Part shown: piece after piece, positions 27,452-38,000 of the stretch
How positions within the stretch are numbered: position 1 is the first letter of the stretch
How the letters are laid out: every line of letters begins with the position of its first letter
DNA from: a virus
Strand: one strand, 5' to 3'
IMG/VR virus record: IMGVR_UViG_3300025000_000067
Coordinates: 38,132-102,131 of that record
DNA: 64,000 nt
Made by a program: the position numbers and the translations under genes
The notes under the pieces: model-generated
Databases searched by the model: none
What the model saw: only the letters and a program-made list of their open reading frames with translations
Told to the model about the DNA's origin: nothing

Positions 27452-30400
27452 ATGGAAATACTCAACTTAAAAGACCTAAATATTATAAAGGGGTATTTTA
27501 AGCAAGAACTTCACCCAAGAGCAAGAGATGGTAAGTTTGCTAAAAAGCATGAGGGTATTGTCTCTCCAGTTGTTAGAGAGGAGCCTAAAAAGGCCTCTAA
27601 GACAAGTGCAAAGGCAAAACCTAAGGCAAGTACACCAAAAAAGGATACCAAGAGCAAGACTACCCCAAAAAAGACCGCTCCTAAGAAACCTGATCCAGCA
27701 GTTAAGGTACCAGACAAGAAAACTGCAGCTAAAAAGGTAGCTAAGCCAAAAGAAGCTAAGAAATTCTATAGGTATAGCCCCGGTGCAAGCAGCTTTATAG
27801 AGGCAGTAGGGGCTAAGGAAGTCAAGTTAAAGGCTGTTAAAGGATCATTTTTCATGGAGCACCCGGACCCTGAACATCCCGAGGACACGTATATCTATGA
27901 GACTACAACAGGGACTAGGATAATTTCGTGCTTCACTGGAGAAAAAGATGCTATAAAAATGGCAGAGTCTAGGCTCAAGGGCTGGGGACAGGAATATTTT
28001 GAGGATAGGATGTCTACAAATAAAATGGCCCGTGGTCTAGCACCAGGGCATGAGAATCCTAAGAAAGTAGCTAAACCTGCAGCTAAAACTAAGGAAGCAA
28101 CAGCGCCTAAGATGCCCCCGGTAGTTGATGATCTAGTTAAGAAAAGAGTACCAAGGCCTAAGGTTGTTTTGCTACCTAAGACTAGTGATTCAGAGTTTAG
28201 TGACTTAGCTCCTGACTTCCAAAACAAAGGGCGTGTAAGAGTTATTGCACGTCGAGTAGGTAGTTACGCTGTGCCTAATATGCAGGTAAATAGTCGTGAA
28301 GATGTGGCCCAAGTTTTTGCAGATTTAACCGACTCAGATCGTGAAAAGAGCTATGTGCTGGGAACTAAAAATGGGGAAGTCGTGGGCATCCACTGCGCTC
28401 ACATAGGTAATGTTGATTCAAGTATTATTGACCCTAAGGACATGATGAAAGTACCGCTCCTATCTGGTGCAGATACAGTTTACCTAATCCATAATCACCC
28501 AACAGGAGATAGTACCCCGAGTCAACCGGATGTGGCAGTTACTGAGCGCTTTAGGGATGTAGCAGATCACATGGGTATGCGGTTCGGTGGTCACGTTGTT
28601 ATAGGTGACAATGAGTACACAGCTCTAAATGGTAATGGAAGTATCGTTGAATTCAACAAAAATATGGATCGTTCTAAAATCATGAGAACTGAGCAGGCAC
28701 CTATCTATGAAACCTATCAAGAGAAAGATGCCAGTGTACCTGGGCCTAGGATGAATGGTGTAGATGATGTAAAAGACTACATCAAAAATAATCTTAGTAT
28801 CCATGATGCTGATAAGGCCATTTATATTATTGGAGTTGATACCAAAAATGGTATCACCCATGCTGAGCCCCTTGATGTAACTTTATCACCTAATAAGCTT
28901 CGGAAGAAAGCACTTGAGAGTCTTATTAAAGCAAATAGTAAAAGCTTTTTTATGTACACGGGTTTTGGGTCAAGTGAAGTTATGCATAATGCAGGGATAC
29001 AAGATGCCTCTAAAACTCTAGGTATCCAGCTCTACGATGTCATTGTTCCTAATACCAATAGCCGGCAGGATATTGATGCTGGGCACTGGACCTTTCGCTC
29101 CTATGCTGAGAGAAGCATAATGAACCTTGTTAAAGGACTCTATATTGATCTTCAGAAGGCCCTTGCACCAGGCAAAGTAACCAAGACGCAGGCAAAAGCT
29201 CTGCACAAGGAACTTCCACCTGGAGGAGTATGGCGTTCGATGAATGGGCATCATATTTACATCCTCAATGGTAAGGTATTGGCCGGGGCTATCCCGGGGG
29301 TAAAGAGTGCTAAGAAAGCAACGAAGGCCCATTTAGCAGAACATCAGGAAACCATAGACAAAGAAGCTAAGGCTGCTGCTAAGCTTAAGAAGCTTAAAGC
29401 AAGAAGAGATCCAGCAGGCCTAGAGGGTAAGAAGCCTACAACTAAAACGGGGAAAGAGGCTATTGAAGATACACTCAAAGAAGTTAACAATAAAGAATCC
29501 TCGACAAAACGAACCAAGGTAACCCCTGAGTTTATGGCAAAGCAAAAGGAAGCCGTGGATGCGCTTGCTAAGAAACCAAAGCCTAAGAGCAAGAAAGCAA
29601 CGCTTGAGGAGCAGCAGGCTGAAGCTAAGAAGATGCTTGAGCCTACCACTAAACCTAAAGATAAAGCAAAAGAGATTTTAAACTCTAAAAACGATAAACA
29701 AGATAAGATTATTCAGGCAGCTTCTGAGCTTACAGAAGCTAAACGGGCGACAGATAAGGTTATTAAACGCAAAGGTGTTAATGATATCCGAACCGAAAAA
29801 CAAGCCAACAATGAAACAGCTTACGATGTGGGGGCTAAGATCGGTGGAGCTCGTAAAGATGTCGCAGTTTTTGATGCGTTTCTGAAGAGCTTAAGTGGGC
29901 AAAGCTTAGGGGATGTGGAAAAGATGTCTCCTGAACAGGCGCAGAAGTTGTGTGTTAAGAAGAATCTTCTAAAGCCTGTAGACTTTGAAGCAGATTATAA
30001 ACGAGGCGTGGACATAAATGTAGCTATCACAAAACAGCTTATTTATGATCGTATAACCCCTAAGCCTAGCGATGATACCCCTGAAGCAAGGGCAGGATAT
30101 CTACATGCTATTAAAGAACTACAACGGCAGCTAGAACCTGTTACATCATGGGATGAGTTTAAGAAAGCAACTCGTAACCTAGGAGACTGGATGAAGGCTG
30201 AAACGCCTAAGAATATGGGTGACCAGCAACGCTACTTAGAATATGCCCAAAAACAGTATGAAAAAGAACCAACTGAAGATGACCTAAAGGAAAGGGTCTA
30301 TACACCAGGATCAGATGTAAAATGGGTAACACTTACGCGTGATGAGTGGAAGAAGAAAAAGCTGGATAGGGTAAATGATGTCAAGCGAGACATTGAATTT

Positions 30401-33400
30401 GCTAAAAAAACTGCACAAAGCCCATATGCACCGCTCGGAGAGAAGTTAACGAACTTCTTTACAAATTACGAGAGTCGTGATCGGACTATGCAGACGGTAG
30501 CTAGTAAAAATATGACATGGGATAAATACATCTCTAAGCAAAAAGAAGCTTCGGAAGCACATAAAGAGGAAAAAGGAGCGAAGACTAAGACTAAGTGGGA
30601 AAAGATGATGCCTGCTAAGATTCAGCGCTCAGGTGGACGTGATACTAAGGTTCAAAAACCTGAAGAAATGGTAAAAACTTTCGGCTTTAAGGGGATAGAA
30701 TTTGGTAACTGGGTTGACGATAAGAGCGGAAACTTTCACCTAGTCAAGTGTGCTGAAGCCTTTCATGACCTAGCGGATATTCTAGGTCTTCAGGACAAAG
30801 ATGTGTCGATGAATGGTAGGTTATCTATGGCTTTTGGTGCCCGGGGTAAGGGTAAAGCCTTAGCTCACTATGAGGCTTTAAGTAAGGCTATAAATATTAC
30901 TAAAGAAGGCGGGGCCGGGTCCTTAGCCCACGAGTGGGGCCATGCCATGGATAATATTCTCTATCAGGAGAGCGCAGGCAGAAATTCAACGAATCTAGCT
31001 TCTGAAGGTATGGGAGACGTAGGGGATAAGCGAATCAAAGCGTCTTACGAAGTCCTTATGGATGCTATTCTTAAAGGCGATGGCTCAGGGATTGAATACG
31101 TTGACAATAAAGACAATGATTACTATAGCTATTATCCTAAGCGAAGACAGGCAGTAGCCGATTTAGGAATAGCAGGAGCTGTACTCAAATACAGCAAAGA
31201 GCTAGACTCTGCGCGTGATAGGGCATTGTCCAGTACAGAAGACTGGGCACAACGCTATAATTATGATAAAGCTAAGAAAGAAAAAGAAATCAAAAAGATT
31301 TTACGAAAACACACCACGGATAAGAACGCTATGGTTCAGGAAATGGCCTATCACCATAAAAAACTAACAGGCGAAGTACTAGACAAGATACCCGTACCAA
31401 ATGGTATGTCCCAATTTTACACAGATTCTAAGAATGTAGGCGGGGATACTGATTACTGGATTAGTAACTGTGAACTCTTTGCACGGGCCTTTGAAACCTA
31501 TGTTGAGAGCAAGATGAGGACAGGAAAGATCAAAAACGATTACCTAGTGCATGGGTCTTGGTATGATACAAAGTCTACACCATACCCAAAAGGTAAAGAA
31601 CGTGATGCTATCAATGGTGCATTTGATGAGCTTATGAAGAACGTTAGAAACTCAGGAGCCATTCAGAAAGGCCTATCCTTCGATCTTCAGAAGGGCATTA
31701 TTGGACGAAGTGACCTACAAAGACCCGTAATACCTATTACCCGAAGTGCATACAACGTAGCGAATACAGAAGGTATACTTTATATCCCTACCAACCGTTT
31801 GCAGACCCCTTTTCAGACAGACAAAGCTCTTGACTTCGATAAGGTCAGATCCAATGTAACCCGGATGGAAAATGGTGAAAACATTGACCCTATCATCATT
31901 GGCTGGAACTATGAGGTCCATGATGGCCATCACAAGCTTGAGGCAAGTAAAATACAAGGCTATACCCACTGCCCATGTATCATTGGTGAATTCAACGGCA
32001 TCGACAAGCAGAGGCTTTTTGAAGAGTACTCGGAGCTATGGAAATCCTTTAGGGAAGACTACGCTGAACCCAAAAAGTATAAAACTAGATCTTTAAAGAC
32101 AGACATCGAAACCACGGACCTAGACGGTGAAAAGAAAGCCATTATTGATTACTCCGAGCGCCTGAAGCAGATCAAAGACCCTAGGATCCGGAAGATCCTT
32201 GTAGAGATTATTGCCGATGAGAAGAACCATAAGCATAACCTTGCACAAGTACTATCATATCTTAATGGTGATAAGACCGCTCTTAACAGCAATAAGCTTC
32301 AGAAGTCCTTGGTCTACTTACCAGAGGTAGACACTGGGCTAAGCGCCTTTCCCTATGATAATGCATCGGGGATTATGTTCCGTGGTATTGGCCAAAAAGA
32401 GTATGACTTCATTCAGAAGTCTGGGTACATCCAGACCAAGGGTAAAGGAAACGATGCAGACCAAGAGAATGTTGTTACCTGCTTCAGTACCCTCTTCAGT
32501 CAAGCAGAAGGTTATGCTAGAAGTAACTATGATCTATACAACGAGACAATGGCCTATGTTTTAGTTGTAGAATACAGGGGAGTAGAAAATGAGCTAGGTG
32601 AAATAGAAGTTCTAGAGAAGACACCTGCTAGCTCCATCTTTGGTGTGATTCCAGTTCCTAAGACTCCAGTAATGAAAGGACTCTACATTGACTTAAAAAA
32701 GTCGATAACCCGCTCAGAGGCTAAGAAAGTACACAAAGACCTTCCTGAAGGTGGTGTCTGGCGTACACTCATGGGCCACCACGTCTACATCAAAGACGGT
32801 AAGATCTTAGCGGGATCAGTACCCGGGGTCAAAGGTGTAAAGAAGGCGACTAAGGAGCATCTAGCAGGGCATCAGAAGACCATTGATAAAGAGGCTAAGA
32901 AGGCTGTACCAAAGGCTAATGAAGTTAAGGGATTAGTACAAAGAGAAGTGGGGCAATTAGATAGGGGTATGACCGCACTAGCTAAGGGGAAGAAATTAAG
33001 GGCTAAGCTAGGAGATATTCATAGTTCAGAGGATACGTATAATGCCTATGCACGAAAAGTAAGTGAATACAAGGATAGGCTAGGAACTGACCCTCACAAG
33101 CTAACTTATGGTGACTTTTATAGTACTGCTAGAGAGTATCAAGGTTTTATAGGCAGTGATGAAATGCCCCTTAATGCTCTAGCCAAGATGAACAGATTAC
33201 CTAATAATGGGCTAAGGCGTGAGCTAGAACTGCACTATAACTTTGTTAAAAGGGCACTGGAGGAAGGAAAAGAAGTTCCTCCTGAAGTACTCAAAGATTA
33301 CCCTGAATTAGTTAGCGTCCATAAATCTGAAAAGCCTGTGTATGATAAGGCTAAGGGGGAAGGAACCTCCAAAACAAAAGGAGTGGACGCTAAGATGGGT

Positions 33401-34918
33401 AGTAGATTGAGCGCAACCAATGCTAAAAAACTTATGGGCGAGTACGGTGTACCAGCAGGTCATAGAGAAGCCGTACTGAATACACTGAAACACAGCACAA
33501 CGTCAAATAGCTTTAGTGCCCAAGGGCGGGATGAGTTAGATGTCACAGGTAGTAAACAAGTTATAGGACGAGAGTATAGCGCGGTGGATGTTCAGAAGGC
33601 CGTCGAATCCTATAAGAAAGATAAGAAGTTTGCTAAAGACGTCGCTGCTAAGGCCATAGCCATAAATGATGCTGCTAAACAGGAGAAAAAGGCTAAGAGT
33701 GATGCTAAGGCTCAAAAAGAGCTGGAACATGATGAATTCTTAGAGACGATCAAAGCTAACACTGATCAGATGTATAAAGATCAGGAAACACGTGAAGCTA
33801 AGAAGAACAGAACTCCTGAGCAGGTTGCTGCAGACGAAAAAGCTTTTGCAGACTTTGACCCTTTGGCTCTTCTGATGGCAGGTACTGAGCCTAATAAAGA
33901 ACCTTGGGAGATGACACCTGATGAATACTTTCATGACAAGATGGTTAAAACGGGGTACATGAAAGGGGCACAAGGTGAATACGTAGGAGTTATACATGAT
34001 CGATACAGGGAACACTTAGCAGGTAGTGCTAGCTTAGCACAGCAGAAAGAATGGTCAGATCAAGAGCATAAAAAACTAATACTCAAACATCATGCAGAGA
34101 CTACTTCTATGGCTGATGCTTTCAAGGAGTTTATGGATGCTAATAAACCCAAAGAAGAGCCAAAAATAGCCCAGTACTATAAGTCAAATAAATCTGTAGG
34201 AGACAGAACAGGTAAGTTAACTTATGTACCTGTAGATGGTAAACGGATTGATATAGGTGGCGATGTCCATGCTTTCATACACAAAGGAGCAGGGGGTCGA
34301 GGTTGGGTGATCACAGAAGTTCGTTCAGGTATTATGCTTGCTAATGGTAAAACTCAAGATGAAACAATGGTAAAAGCTCGGGAAGCCGTGACTAAGTTAG
34401 GCCCTACTAAACTAGCTGAAGGGGTAAAGAAGCACATAGACAAACATGGTGAAAGTCCAGCAACAGCAGAGCCAGGTAAAGCTGGCACCATATTCGGTTC
34501 TGAGCAGCCAGTAACACCCTACCATATAGCTGTACCTAAGGGTAAAAACGGTAAAGCTAAGTATACGCCCGTGCACAATGCGGAAAAAGTGAACGTAGGA
34601 AAAGGTATCCATGCTTTTATCCATGGGCGAGAAGGAGACTGGGCAGTTTCAGAAGCCCGCTCTGGTCTTAAAATTACGAGCAACAGTAGTAAGAATTTAG
34701 CTGTAAAAATAGCTAAGGAGTTAATAGAGCGCAACAGGGAAAATCTTGATACTATGATTCAGAAGCATATTGAAAAACATGGTGAATCTCCTAAGACAGC
34801 GCCTACGTTTGATGAGTACGTCAAAAAAGAAGTTAAGGGATCTACGGATCATTTGTCAGTAGAGGCATGGGGTAGCTACAGAAGAAGTTACGATTCCATA
34901 TACAATGGTAAAAGATAG
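27452..34918 (+). CDS. giant polyvalent protein (JAB/RadC x2, HExxH + LPD1-like, ParB-like, ferritin-like, ART-like, repeats)
   Basis: HNHPTGDSTPSQPD; GSLAHEWGH and ELFARAFETYV; DGHHKLEA; E..Y..DEKNH; FRG/FST/EIE. Confidence 0.85.
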   Translation: MEILNLKDLNIIKGYFKQELHPRARDGKFAKKHEGIVSPVVREEPKKASKTSAKAKPKASTPKKDTKSKTTPKKTAPKKPDPAVKVPDKKTAAKKVAKPKEAKKFYRYSPGASSFIEAVGAKEVKLKAVKGSFFMEHPDPEHPEDTYIYETTTGTRIISCFTGEKDAIKMAESRLKGWGQEYFEDRMSTNKMARGLAPGHENPKKVAKPAAKTKEATAPKMPPVVDDLVKKRVPRPKVVLLPKTSDSEFSDLAPDFQNKGRVRVIARRVGSYAVPNMQVNSREDVAQVFADLTDSDREKSYVLGTKNGEVVGIHCAHIGNVDSSIIDPKDMMKVPLLSGADTVYLIHNHPTGDSTPSQPDVAVTERFRDVADHMGMRFGGHVVIGDNEYTALNGNGSIVEFNKNMDRSKIMRTEQAPIYETYQEKDASVPGPRMNGVDDVKDYIKNNLSIHDADKAIYIIGVDTKNGITHAEPLDVTLSPNKLRKKALESLIKANSKSFFMYTGFGSSEVMHNAGIQDASKTLGIQLYDVIVPNTNSRQDIDAGHWTFRSYAERSIMNLVKGLYIDLQKALAPGKVTKTQAKALHKELPPGGVWRSMNGHHIYILNGKVLAGAIPGVKSAKKATKAHLAEHQETIDKEAKAAAKLKKLKARRDPAGLEGKKPTTKTGKEAIEDTLKEVNNKESSTKRTKVTPEFMAKQKEAVDALAKKPKPKSKKATLEEQQAEAKKMLEPTTKPKDKAKEILNSKNDKQDKIIQAASELTEAKRATDKVIKRKGVNDIRTEKQANNETAYDVGAKIGGARKDVAVFDAFLKSLSGQSLGDVEKMSPEQAQKLCVKKNLLKPVDFEADYKRGVDINVAITKQLIYDRITPKPSDDTPEARAGYLHAIKELQRQLEPVTSWDEFKKATRNLGDWMKAETPKNMGDQQRYLEYAQKQYEKEPTEDDLKERVYTPGSDVKWVTLTRDEWKKKKLDRVNDVKRDIEFAKKTAQSPYAPLGEKLTNFFTNYESRDRTMQTVASKNMTWDKYISKQKEASEAHKEEKGAKTKTKWEKMMPAKIQRSGGRDTKVQKPEEMVKTFGFKGIEFGNWVDDKSGNFHLVKCAEAFHDLADILGLQDKDVSMNGRLSMAFGARGKGKALAHYEALSKAINITKEGGAGSLAHEWGHAMDNILYQESAGRNSTNLASEGMGDVGDKRIKASYEVLMDAILKGDGSGIEYVDNKDNDYYSYYPKRRQAVADLGIAGAVLKYSKELDSARDRALSSTEDWAQRYNYDKAKKEKEIKKILRKHTTDKNAMVQEMAYHHKKLTGEVLDKIPVPNGMSQFYTDSKNVGGDTDYWISNCELFARAFETYVESKMRTGKIKNDYLVHGSWYDTKSTPYPKGKERDAINGAFDELMKNVRNSGAIQKGLSFDLQKGIIGRSDLQRPVIPITRSAYNVANTEGILYIPTNRLQTPFQTDKALDFDKVRSNVTRMENGENIDPIIIGWNYEVHDGHHKLEASKIQGYTHCPCIIGEFNGIDKQRLFEEYSELWKSFREDYAEPKKYKTRSLKTDIETTDLDGEKKAIIDYSERLKQIKDPRIRKILVEIIADEKNHKHNLAQVLSYLNGDKTALNSNKLQKSLVYLPEVDTGLSAFPYDNASGIMFRGIGQKEYDFIQKSGYIQTKGKGNDADQENVVTCFSTLFSQAEGYARSNYDLYNETMAYVLVVEYRGVENELGEIEVLEKTPASSIFGVIPVPKTPVMKGLYIDLKKSITRSEAKKVHKDLPEGGVWRTLMGHHVYIKDGKILAGSVPGVKGVKKATKEHLAGHQKTIDKEAKKAVPKANEVKGLVQREVGQLDRGMTALAKGKKLRAKLGDIHSSEDTYNAYARKVSEYKDRLGTDPHKLTYGDFYSTAREYQGFIGSDEMPLNALAKMNRLPNNGLRRELELHYNFVKRALEEGKEVPPEVLKDYPELVSVHKSEKPVYDKAKGEGTSKTKGVDAKMGSRLSATNAKKLMGEYGVPAGHREAVLNTLKHSTTSNSFSAQGRDELDVTGSKQVIGREYSAVDVQKAVESYKKDKKFAKDVAAKAIAINDAAKQEKKAKSDAKAQKELEHDEFLETIKANTDQMYKDQETREAKKNRTPEQVAADEKAFADFDPLALLMAGTEPNKEPWEMTPDEYFHDKMVKTGYMKGAQGEYVGVIHDRYREHLAGSASLAQQKEWSDQEHKKLILKHHAETTSMADAFKEFMDANKPKEEPKIAQYYKSNKSVGDRTGKLTYVPVDGKRIDIGGDVHAFIHKGAGGRGWVITEVRSGIMLANGKTQDETMVKAREAVTKLGPTKLAEGVKKHIDKHGESPATAEPGKAGTIFGSEQPVTPYHIAVPKGKNGKAKYTPVHNAEKVNVGKGIHAFIHGREGDWAVSEARSGLKITSNSSKNLAVKIAKELIERNRENLDTMIQKHIEKHGESPKTAPTFDEYVKKEVKGSTDHLSVEAWGSYRRSYDSIYNGKR

Positions 34919-34958
34919 CCTTCGGAAGTCTGTGTATAATTAATTCCTAAAGTCTGGT

Positions 34959-34998
34959 AAAATGGGGCTAAGTGGCTTAGGCTGCTTAGCCCCATTTT
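34959..34998. other. long hairpin between the two giant genes (terminator or processing site)
   Basis: AAAATGGGGCTAAG ... CTTAGCCCCATTTT; TATAAT at 34935. Confidence 0.7.
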
Positions 34999-35023
34999 TA
35001 TTTGTCCAGAAGGAGGGATTCAT

Positions 35024-38000
35024 ATGAATCTATACATAGATTTAGAGAAAGCCATAGGTACAGTATCATGGAGAGAGGAAATTCACCCTCGGGATAAATT
35101 CGGAAAGTTTTCCTCTATCAAAGGTGGCTCAAGTGTCGTTACTCATACTGGAAAAACAGGCACTGTTGAGAAGGTAGACGGGGACTATTACCATGTGCGT
35201 CATGCAGATGGCAAGAAAAGCAGAGTTAAACGTAGTAATGTCATCCATGCCAATGACCACAAAAAGATCATGGACGCCCAGGCTAAGACCAAGAAGCGGA
35301 AGGCTTCTGCTGCAGTGGGTCAAACAACCAAAGCAGCGAATAGGGCTAATGGTACAGGTAAAGCCACAGAGCCTAAGCTAGTTTTGACCAGTGGCAAAAA
35401 GCAGCAATCCACTAAGGTAAAAGCAATGGAGCAGAAGGCCACGGCCGAGAACAAAGCAAATAGAAGAGCTAAGAAAGAGCGTGACCTTTCGGCCCCTGAT
35501 ATACTTCGGAAGCCCATTGAACAGGGAACGACTGGTAGGTCATCCCAGATGAAAAATACTGAGCAGAGTTCTCATGCAGAGGACTACAAAGATTTAGAGA
35601 ATAACCCTGAAGCTACGTCAAGGCTTGATGAGATGTGGAACTCAAAAGAAGCTAAGGCGCTTATGAAGAAAGAGCCAGGTAAACGATCAGAGGCTGATAT
35701 TCGCAGAATCGCTGGGGATATGACTACTCAAAATGACCGATTAGCTTATCACACAACCCTTCAGATGGGAAAGGCCCGGGGAATGAATCTCCTAAGTCAA
35801 GTTAACCGAATTGAGGACGTTGGACCGAGCGGTGATGGAGAGGTCCACAACCAAGAGACGGGGTATTATGGGGATCTTCTTCAAACAGCCCGAGCATCTA
35901 TGTATGAGACTCTATACCGGGTCATGAGCGGAAGTCAGAATCCTGGTAAAGATACTAATATTGGAGCCCATGTCATATCCCGTATGAAGCAGAAGCTTCA
36001 CAAGGATATGTATGCTCTTCTGAATGAAGTCCCGGCACCTCATGAGATCAGGGGAGCACTGGCAGACCTGCATAAAGGGGAAGCAGAACTAATCCAGAGC
36101 CTAGGCCATACACCATCGATGGAGGAACTTGCAAATCATTTGCAACAGACTTCGGCTAAGTTTAAAAGCGCACCGATTATGGACAATCCAACCTATGATG
36201 AAAAGACAGGTCAATGGGTAGCTACCAAGAAACGGATCACAGATCCAGTTGAGCGTCTAAAGACACTGCAGGCCTATAGGGATCGTCAGAAGACCAGTAC
36301 CTTAGATAAGGACATTGATGGAGAAGAAGGGACAGCAGGTTCAGCTGCAGCTAATGTAAAAAGTACAGAAGCGACACCTGATGAACAGTATGAGCAGAAG
36401 GAGCGTCAAAAAGAGCTTAAGACAGCGATCCCTAAAGTTCTGCAGGACATAGGCCTTAGCAGCAAAGAAAAACTAGTCTTCATGGTTATGTTTGGAAGTC
36501 CCTCAGCTAAGATCAACAAAGGAAATATGACCCTTGACGAAGTAGCTGAAGCTATTAACAGGCAGGGCGGGTACGAAGGTGGTAAGCAGGCAACCAAGGA
36601 CTGGGTTAATAAGTATTACAGAAGCGCTATGGTTAAATTATCTGATGCTCGAACAAAGAATCACCCGGCCTTAAAAGAACTTGCTATGATGAAGTCTCTC
36701 GTATTCAATCTCGTTATGAAGTCACTCTATGAGTATGATCTTGTGAAGTCCCTGAATTCATGGGGAATAGGCACTGATATTTTAGTATACAAGCAAACGA
36801 GAATTGCCACGGCAGATAACCTTCTTTCCTTGCAGAAGTCTATGGCACCCCAAGAGTACATTGGATCGATAGTCTACACCGAGGGTGGAGAGCTCCATGC
36901 CCGAATTGTGGAGTTCGGTTTACCTGAAGATAATGAGCTTTATAAAAGCTTCAACTCGTCTTTAGAGAAGTCCATGTTTCCTCATAAAGGTAAGCAACAC
37001 GAAGTCAATAAAAAGATGGGTGACTATGTAAAAGCCAATGCAAAAAAGTACTCTAGCCTTTCTGAAGCCCAGCATGGATCGGCTAAGAAAAAGAGTTCTG
37101 GGCATACATGGTCAGAAGAACTCCTTCTGAAGAACCCGGGCAGCGCATGGATTACATGGGGCGGTAAGCGGGTCCTAGTCAACACGTCTGATGGTAATCT
37201 CATCTATGATTCAGCGAATGAAGTTCATAGAGAGGAACATAATCAAGGGGCTCCAGAAGATAAGATTGACTTCCACCATGAGCAAGACACTGGGCATAAG
37301 GATGCGGGTATCGAAGCCTTTAAAGAAGACATGGAAGGTATGCGTAAGTCCTGGCGTGGTGACGAAACGGATAAGGACTTAGGCATACGGAAGACCTACC
37401 TGAGAGAACACGAGCACAAAGGGCACCATGACTATGCCAACTTCACAGAAGATGAGCAAAAAGCCTATGAGAGCATGAGTGAGGACGAGCGCAAAAAGTT
37501 TCTAGGTAACCGTTATCTGGGCAAAGAAGGAGTTAAAGAAGCTCTACAGAAGTACCGTGACAGTGGAGATACTGAAGCAGATCGAAAAGAGGCTATGGAT
37601 GCCCTATCCAAGGCAGGATCTATGGCAGGTAAAAATGCAAAGATGATGATTGGTAAAACAGGTAACAGTGGCCTATTAGCCCAAGTACGTAAAGGCGCTG
37701 ATGAAGATACCATAGTCGACTTGCTAGGTCAGAACGAACTTACAAGGGCTAAAGAAGAGGCTAGTAAAAAACTTTTACCTGATGGGACGTATCTGGTAGG
37801 AAATCCTCTTACAGGTAAGACAATAGCACTAAAGATTAAGAACGAAGTCACTAAGGCGGGCCAGGGTGGGGCTCATACAAGGTTCGGATCAACGATTGCT
37901 GAAGTCTTTGACCCTGATGGGGGTCAGCACGAGGACCTAAATACATGGGGTGGTCTAGGGAAGGCTCTAGGGTACACAGGTGCTGATGCTTCAGGACTTC

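Noticed and set aside
29125-32900. Duplicated module as a diversity-generating retroelement TR/VR pair
   Set aside because: Both copies are in-frame coding, differences are not adenine-specific, and there is no reverse transcriptase in the window.
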